Shown here: in pieces, positions 58,869 through 64,000 of the stretch
Layout of the letters: each line of letters starts with the position of its first letter
Position numbering within the stretch: the first letter of the stretch is position 1
Assembly: GCA_964291675.2 (NCBI GenBank)
Contig: OZ219865.1
Span: 896,001 to 960,000 of the forward strand
Source of the DNA: Alphaproteobacteria bacterium
GTDB lineage: Bacteria > Pseudomonadota > Alphaproteobacteria > MPNO01
Direction of reading: 5' to 3'
Length of the DNA: 64,000 nt
Translations under genes and position numbers: made by a program
The notes under the pieces: generated by a model
The model's input: only the letters and a program-made list of their open reading frames with translations
What the model was told of the DNA's origin: nothing
Database searches by the model: none

Positions 58869-59729
58869 TTGCCCGATAGCTGGCAGCTCGCCGCGGCGCT
58901 TGCCAGGTTCCTGCTCTATCTCGGCGTGCTGGGCAGCGCCGGGCTGGTCTTCGCGCGCATCGTGTTCCGCCGGGAGACCGGGCCGATCCGCGGCATGCTC
59001 GAACGGCGGGCCGCCGCGCTCGCCGTCCTCGCATTGGCCGCCGCCGGGCTCGGCTTTCTGCTTACCGGCGCGGCGATGACGGGCGATGTCTCGGGCATGG
59101 CGGATGCGGAAATGCTGGGCCTGCTCTGGCGGACTCCGGCCGGCACCGCGCTCGCCACCCAGGCCGCCGGCCTCGTCCTGCTGCTGGGCGGAACCCTGTT
59201 GCCGGGGCGCGGGGTGTGGGTCGCGGCGGCGGGCGGGCTGATCGCCCTCTGGTCGTTCTCCCGGGTCGGCCACCTGGCCGATGCCGGCGCGGCGTGGCTG
59301 CAGGCGGTGCTGCTGGTGCATCTCGCCGCCGCCGCCTTCTGGATCGGCATTCTTGCGCCGCTGCGCCGGCTGGCCGCCGACGACCTGCCGGGCGCCGCGG
59401 CGCTGGGAACCCGATTCGGCCGCATCGCCGTCTGCGCGGTGCCGCTGCTGATCGCCGCCGGGATCGTCATGGCCTGGCGCCTGCTCGGCGATCTTTCGGC
59501 CCTGCTGGCAACCGCCTACGGCTTCGTCCTGCTCGCCAAGATCGCCGGCGTCGGCGTGCTGCTCGCCGCGGGGGCGGCCAACAAGCTCCGCCTCGTGCCG
59601 GCGATGCGGCGCGGCGAGCGGGCGGCGGCGGCGGGTCTGCGCCGCTCGATCGCGCTCGAATGGCTGGCGGTCGCGGCCGTGCTGCTGCTCACCGCGGCGC
59701 TGACCGGGCTCGCCGGGCTGCCGGGCTGA
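58869..59729 (+). CDS. copD: Copper uptake membrane protein CopD
   Basis: GH, HLAAAAFWIG, YG..LLAK, AANKLRLVP. Confidence 0.85.
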   Translation: MPDSWQLAAALARFLLYLGVLGSAGLVFARIVFRRETGPIRGMLERRAAALAVLALAAAGLGFLLTGAAMTGDVSGMADAEMLGLLWRTPAGTALATQAAGLVLLLGGTLLPGRGVWVAAAGGLIALWSFSRVGHLADAGAAWLQAVLLVHLAAAAFWIGILAPLRRLAADDLPGAAALGTRFGRIAVCAVPLLIAAGIVMAWRLLGDLSALLATAYGFVLLAKIAGVGVLLAAGAANKLRLVPAMRRGERAAAAGLRRSIALEWLAVAAVLLLTAALTGLAGLPG

Positions 59730-59859
59730 TCGCCCCTCCCGCAGCAGCCAGCGGAACGCCAGCGTGGCGGGCTCGGCGAACATCGGATGGGCGACCTGCA
59801 CCGCGACACCGAGCGCCGCGCGGCCGGCGCCGATCTCGCGGCGCATCGGGAAGGCGAGC

Positions 59860-60013
59860 GCGTCAGGGTCGACCTGCCCCGCCGGCCCGCTGCCCGCGCT
59901 GGACGCCCTGAAACGGCCCCTCCCCTCGCGCCCAGGATCGCCTCCGCGACGATGCTCCGCGCCGGGCTCCCGGGGCACGGGAACAGCATGTTGCAAGTCT
60001 TCTCGTCCGCCAT
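59860..60013 (-). pseudogene. arsC: Degenerate ArsC (LMW-PTPase arsenate reductase) fragment
   Basis: NMLFPCPGSPARSIVAEAIL then, frameshifted, GRFRASSAGS.PAGQV.P. Confidence 0.65.
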
Positions 60014-60148
60014 GGCGGGACGGAAGGTTCGATTTTGTGACACGCGGCGTCGGGGCCGGGTGCGACGTTTTGTATCGTCGACATCCCACACCGGTCGTGC
60101 GAATCCGGACCCCGCCGGCGCCCGTCGCGCCGGAGACGGAGTGCGCCG

Positions 60149-61195
60149 ATGGAGGTATCGCGTCGCGAACCGCAACGCCCGGCAGCATGGCTGCGCGGCG
60201 CCGGATTCGACGGCGTTCTGATTCTGGGGGGATTTTCGCTGGCGCTGTTCTCCGGCGCGGCGATCCTCTACGAGCCCTCCTGGTTCTACCCGATCCTGGT
60301 GGTCGACCTGTGGGTACTCGGCTACCACCATGTGATCTCCACCTTCACCCGGCTCTGCTTCGACAGGGCGAGCTATCGCGAACGGCGCTGGATGATCGAG
60401 CGCCTCGTCCCGGCCATCGCCGCGGTCACCATCCTGCTGGCCTGGGCGGTCGGGATCTGGGCGATCGTGACGATCTATTTCTATTGGCAGTGGTGGCACT
60501 ACGCGCGGCAGAGCTGGGGCATCTCGCGGGCCTATCGCCGGGCGGACCCGGGCGCCTTCCACGAGGACGGGTGGCTCGACCGGGCGACGTTCTACGCCAT
60601 GCCGGTCTACGGGATCCTGCTTCGGTCGAGCCAGGACCACGCCCATTTCATCTTCATGGATCTGTGGACGTTTCCGGTTCCGGAGCCGGTTGCGGACGCC
60701 GCGGGCTATGCCATGGCGGCGCTGCTCGCGCTGTGGGCGGCGCGGCGGATCGCGGCCTTGCGGCGCGGGCGCCTCGCCCCGGCCCACACGCTCTACATGC
60801 TGACCCATTTCGCGATCTTCGGCGTCGGATATGTCTGGATTCCGGACATCACCCTCGGCTGGCTGATGATCAACATCTGGCACAACTTCCAGTACATCCT
60901 GTTCGTCTGGATGTTCAACAACCGGCGTTTCGCGCGAGGGCTCGATCCCGCCGCCCGGCTCCTGTCCTATATCAGCCAGACCGGGCGGATGTGGCTGTAC
61001 CTGCTGACCTGCATCGCGATCACCGGCGCGGTCTATTGGGGCGTGCTGCGGACCGTCGACTGGCTGTTCTTCGCCGGGCTCTCGGCGACGATCGTGCTCT
61101 ACCAGATCGTCAACTTCCATCACTACGTGGTGGACGCGCTGATCTGGACCAAGCGCGGGCGCGGCGCCTACGGCATGGCGCTCCGCCCGCGCTGA
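60149..61195 (+). CDS. His-motif integral membrane protein of unknown function
   Basis: Multiple TM segments; GYHHV, WWHYARQSWG, WHNFQY, NFHHYVVDALIW. Confidence 0.75.
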   Translation: MEVSRREPQRPAAWLRGAGFDGVLILGGFSLALFSGAAILYEPSWFYPILVVDLWVLGYHHVISTFTRLCFDRASYRERRWMIERLVPAIAAVTILLAWAVGIWAIVTIYFYWQWWHYARQSWGISRAYRRADPGAFHEDGWLDRATFYAMPVYGILLRSSQDHAHFIFMDLWTFPVPEPVADAAGYAMAALLALWAARRIAALRRGRLAPAHTLYMLTHFAIFGVGYVWIPDITLGWLMINIWHNFQYILFVWMFNNRRFARGLDPAARLLSYISQTGRMWLYLLTCIAITGAVYWGVLRTVDWLFFAGLSATIVLYQIVNFHHYVVDALIWTKRGRGAYGMALRPR

Positions 61196-61392
61196 ACCTC
61201 CGTACACTTCGGCGGTGTCTCCGAGCCGCCGGGATCTCGCGCGCGGCCCGATGGCGTCCGCGTCATGGCCGTACGCCGGCCGAACTCACCCCGCCGCAGC
61301 GCCGCCGGCGGCAGTCATGCCGCGAGTGTCGCCGTCATCGTCGCCTCTCCTGTAGGATGAGCTTCCCTCGTACCCTCGGGAGAGTAGCTCGC

Positions 61393-61725
61393 ATGACGCC
61401 CGCCGACGACGCGCTGATCGCCCGCATCCGCCCGCTGCTCGCGGGCCGGGAAGGCTATTCCGAGCGCCGGATGTTCGGCGGCGTCTGCTTCATGATCGGC
61501 GGCAATATGTGCCTCGGCACCTGGAAGGGCGCGCTGATCGTGCGCCTCGACCGCAAGGACCACGAGGCGACGCTCGCCGAACCGCACACCGCGCCCGCCG
61601 ACATGAACGGGCGGACGATGCGGGGATGGGCGCTGGTCGAGCCCGCCGGCATCGCGACCGGGGACGACCTCAAGAGCTGGGTCGAGCGCGCCGCCGCCTA
61701 CGCGGCGAGCCTGCCGGCGAAATGA
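61393..61725 (+). CDS. TfoX N-terminal-domain protein
   Basis: ERRMFGGVCFMIGGNM...MRGWALV. Confidence 0.85.
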   Translation: MTPADDALIARIRPLLAGREGYSERRMFGGVCFMIGGNMCLGTWKGALIVRLDRKDHEATLAEPHTAPADMNGRTMRGWALVEPAGIATGDDLKSWVERAAAYAASLPAK

Positions 61726-61837
61726 GGGGGCTCCGTCTCCCACCACGGTGAGGATCGGGGAAGTCGGCCATGACCATGGCGGCCGCGCCCAAGTGTGCCC
61801 GAGTGGATTCCCCGATATTCCTCCATCCTGCCATGCC

Positions 61838-62183
61838 TTACGGCTCCGTCTCCGGAGGCACCATCCGTTCGAGGTGGGAGATCAACCGGGGGATGTCTTG
61901 CCGTACGGTTTTCCAAACGCGTTCCAGGTTCACGTTGAAGTATCCGTGGACCAAGCGATTCCGCATCCCGACGATTTCGGTCCAGGGAATGTGAGGGTGC
62001 GCGCCGGCGGTCTCTGAGCCAACGCGGGACGCAGCTTCTCCAACGACTTCGACCGCCTTGAGGATCGCGAGCTGAGCCATACGGTTGCGCTGGAATTCCG
62101 CGAAGCTCAGCCCTTCGGCGAAGGCTTCCGCTTCCCGCGGTCGCCAAGAGCATGTCGAGGAGCCGCGCCCTATCGTCCCGCAT
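61838..62183 (-). pseudogene. HEPN (DUF86/HepT-like) toxin with a +1 frameshift at about 62140
   Basis: MRDDRARLLDMLLA|REA...VVGEAA...IPW...GMRNRLVHGY. Confidence 0.8.
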
Positions 62184-62484
62184 AGATCGTCTCGGCGGAT
62201 TGCAGGATCGCCCTGCGCCGGATGTAGTTGCGGCTCTGCTCCACCCCGGCGCGTTCGACCAGATCCACCTTGCGGTCGAAAACCTCCCCGAGCTCGCCTT
62301 CCATCCGGATCATGTCGAACAGGGTGTGACGCGTCCCGGGGTCGAAGCTGACCAGCACGTCGATATCGCTCCCGGGGCCGAAATCGGCCCGCAGCACCGA
62401 GCCGAACAGCGCCAGCTCGGCGACCTGCCAGCGCTCGCAGAAGGCGACGATGCGATCGACGGGAACATGGATGCGCGCGGTCAT
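62170..62484 (-). CDS. MNT (MntA-like) nucleotidyltransferase antitoxin
   Basis: LFGSVLRADFGPGSDIDVLV, RKVDLV. Confidence 0.9.
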   Translation of the reverse strand: MTARIHVPVDRIVAFCERWQVAELALFGSVLRADFGPGSDIDVLVSFDPGTRHTLFDMIRMEGELGEVFDRKVDLVERAGVEQSRNYIRRRAILQSAETIYAGR

Positions 62485-62490
62485 GCCCGC

Positions 62491-63876
62491 TCACAGCGAC
62501 TGGACGATTTCCTCGGTCATCTTCTTGGCGTCGTCGAACAGCATCATCGTGTTGTCGCGGTAGAACAGCTCGTTGTCGACGCCGGCATAGCCCGAGGCGA
62601 GCGAGCGCTTGACGAACAGCACCGTGCTCGCCTTCTCGACCTCGAGGATGGGCATGCCGAAGATCGGGCTCTCGGAATCGGTCTTGGCGGCCGGGTTGGT
62701 CACGTCGTTGGCGCCGATGACGTAGGCCACGTCGGCGGCGGCGAATTCGTTGTTGATGTCCTCCAGCTCGAACACCTCGTCATAGGGCACGCTGGCCTCG
62801 GCCAGCAGCACGTTCATGTGCCCCGGCATGCGCCCGGCGACCGGGTGGATGGCGTAGGCGATGTCGATCCCCTGCCCCTTCAGCGTGTCGCACATCTCGC
62901 GCAGCGCGTGCTGCGCCTGGGCGACCGCCATGCCGTAGCCCGGCACCACGATCACCCTAGAGGCGTTCTTCAGCACGAAGGCCGCGTCCTCGGCGCTGCC
63001 CGCCTTGACGTGGCGGTCGCCGTCGGCCGCGGCCGCCTGGCCGCCCTCGACCCCGAACCCGCCGAGGATGACGCTGAAGAACGACCGGTTCATGCCGCGG
63101 CACATGATGTAGCTGAGAATCGCGCCGGACGAGCCGACCAGCGCGCCGGTGATGATCAGCAGCGTGTTCGACAGCGTGAACCCGATGCCGCAGGCGGCCC
63201 AGCCGGAATAGGAGTTGAGCATCGAGATCACCACCGGCATGTCGGCGCCGCCGATCGGCACGATGATCAGGAAGCCGAGCGCCAGCGACAGGATCACGAT
63301 CAGCCAGTAGGCGGCCGGCGCCTCGGCGAGGCAGAGCCAGGCCACCAGCGCCACCAGCACCAGAGCGAGCCCGGCGTTGAGCGGGTGCTGGCCCCTGAAC
63401 ACCAGCGGCGCGCCGCTCACCAGGCCCTGCAGCTTGGCGAAGGCGACCACCGAGCCGGTGAAGGTCACCGCGCCGACCGCGGTGCCGATCGCCATCTCGA
63501 TCAGGCTCGCGGTCTTGATGTCGCCGACCACGCCGATGCCGTAGGCCTCGGGCGCGTAGAAGGCGGCTGTCGCCACCGCCACCGCGGCGAGCCCGACCAG
63601 GCTGTGGAAGGCGGCGACCAGCTGGGGCAGCGCCGTCATCTGGATGCGCAGCGCGATCAGCGTCCCGATCGCGCCGCCGATCACCACCCCGGCGGCGATC
63701 AGCTCGAACGACACCACGCCGGGATCGGCCAGCGTCGTCGCGATGGCGATCACCATGCCGGCAATGCCGATCGCGTTGCCGCGCCTGGCGGTCTCCGGCG
63801 AGGACAGCCCGCGCAGCGCCATGATGAAGCAGATCGCCGCGACCAGATAGGCGATTCCGGTGAAATCGGCGTGCAC
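62491..63876 (-). CDS. pntB: NAD(P) transhydrogenase beta subunit
   Basis: FHSLVGLAA, GGADMPVVISMLNSYSG, VPGYG, HPVAGRMPGHMNV, GANDVTNP. Confidence 0.95.
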   Translation of the reverse strand: MHADFTGIAYLVAAICFIMALRGLSSPETARRGNAIGIAGMVIAIATTLADPGVVSFELIAAGVVIGGAIGTLIALRIQMTALPQLVAAFHSLVGLAAVAVATAAFYAPEAYGIGVVGDIKTASLIEMAIGTAVGAVTFTGSVVAFAKLQGLVSGAPLVFRGQHPLNAGLALVLVALVAWLCLAEAPAAYWLIVILSLALGFLIIVPIGGADMPVVISMLNSYSGWAACGIGFTLSNTLLIITGALVGSSGAILSYIMCRGMNRSFFSVILGGFGVEGGQAAAADGDRHVKAGSAEDAAFVLKNASRVIVVPGYGMAVAQAQHALREMCDTLKGQGIDIAYAIHPVAGRMPGHMNVLLAEASVPYDEVFELEDINNEFAAADVAYVIGANDVTNPAAKTDSESPIFGMPILEVEKASTVLFVKRSLASGYAGVDNELFYRDNTMMLFDDAKKMTEEIVQSL

Positions 63877-63887
63877 GGCGCCCGCCC

Positions 63888-64000
63888 TCAGCGCCGCTTG
63901 CGGTACATGCGCAGCATGCGCTGCGAGACGATGAAGCCGCCGAAGATGTTGACCGAGGCGAGGGTCACGGCGACGAACCCCATCGTCTTGGAGAAGTCGA
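63888..64000 (-). CDS. pntA: NAD(P) transhydrogenase alpha (membrane part), 3' end only
   Basis: [20 protein letters not shown] directly upstream of pntB. Confidence 0.88.
   Translation of the reverse strand, partial: DFSKTMGFVAVTLASVNIFGGFIVSQRMLRMYRKRR

Overview
This GC-rich window is probably from an alphaproteobacterium: it has a fused TrpE(G) with a trpL attenuator, a split PntA and an alpha-type REP palindrome. Giant Calx-beta autotransporter adhesins and a Sel1-repeat protein suggest a host-associated (possibly sponge) symbiont, which is inference. Bases 1-34,000 are an accessory region. An IS66 (about 1-9377) carries two precise nested insertions. (i) A 4.4-kb TG...CA transposon with a 5-bp TSD (400-4808) encodes a Zn-ribbon/HTH protein, a Mu-like DDE transposase, an ExeA/TnsC-like AAA+ ATPase and, unusually, a RecA-family helicase followed by an origin-like palindrome and hairpin cluster. 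(ii) A 2.6-kb large serine recombinase element (6544-9127) sits in the catalytic motif of tnpC, and its excision would assemble a new gene whose RBS and ATG lie at the opposite end of the element. After these come a TbpB-like lipoprotein, an IS1380 in an sbcD-like gene, several TA modules (often with the toxin destroyed), a group II intron, IS66/IS256/integrase remnants and two convergent giant adhesins, one frameshifted by an internal deletion. Bases 34,000-64,000 are metabolic: a sulfatase/HpaB-like/ABC/cupin cluster, carbonic anhydrase, a TauD-family enzyme, trpL-trpE(G) (frameshifted), a PaaK-like ligase, an amidase with an Urt-like ABC transporter, copCD, MNT-HEPN and pntB. I saw no CRISPR array, tRNA or rRNA. 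Family calls come from motifs read by eye, not database searches.
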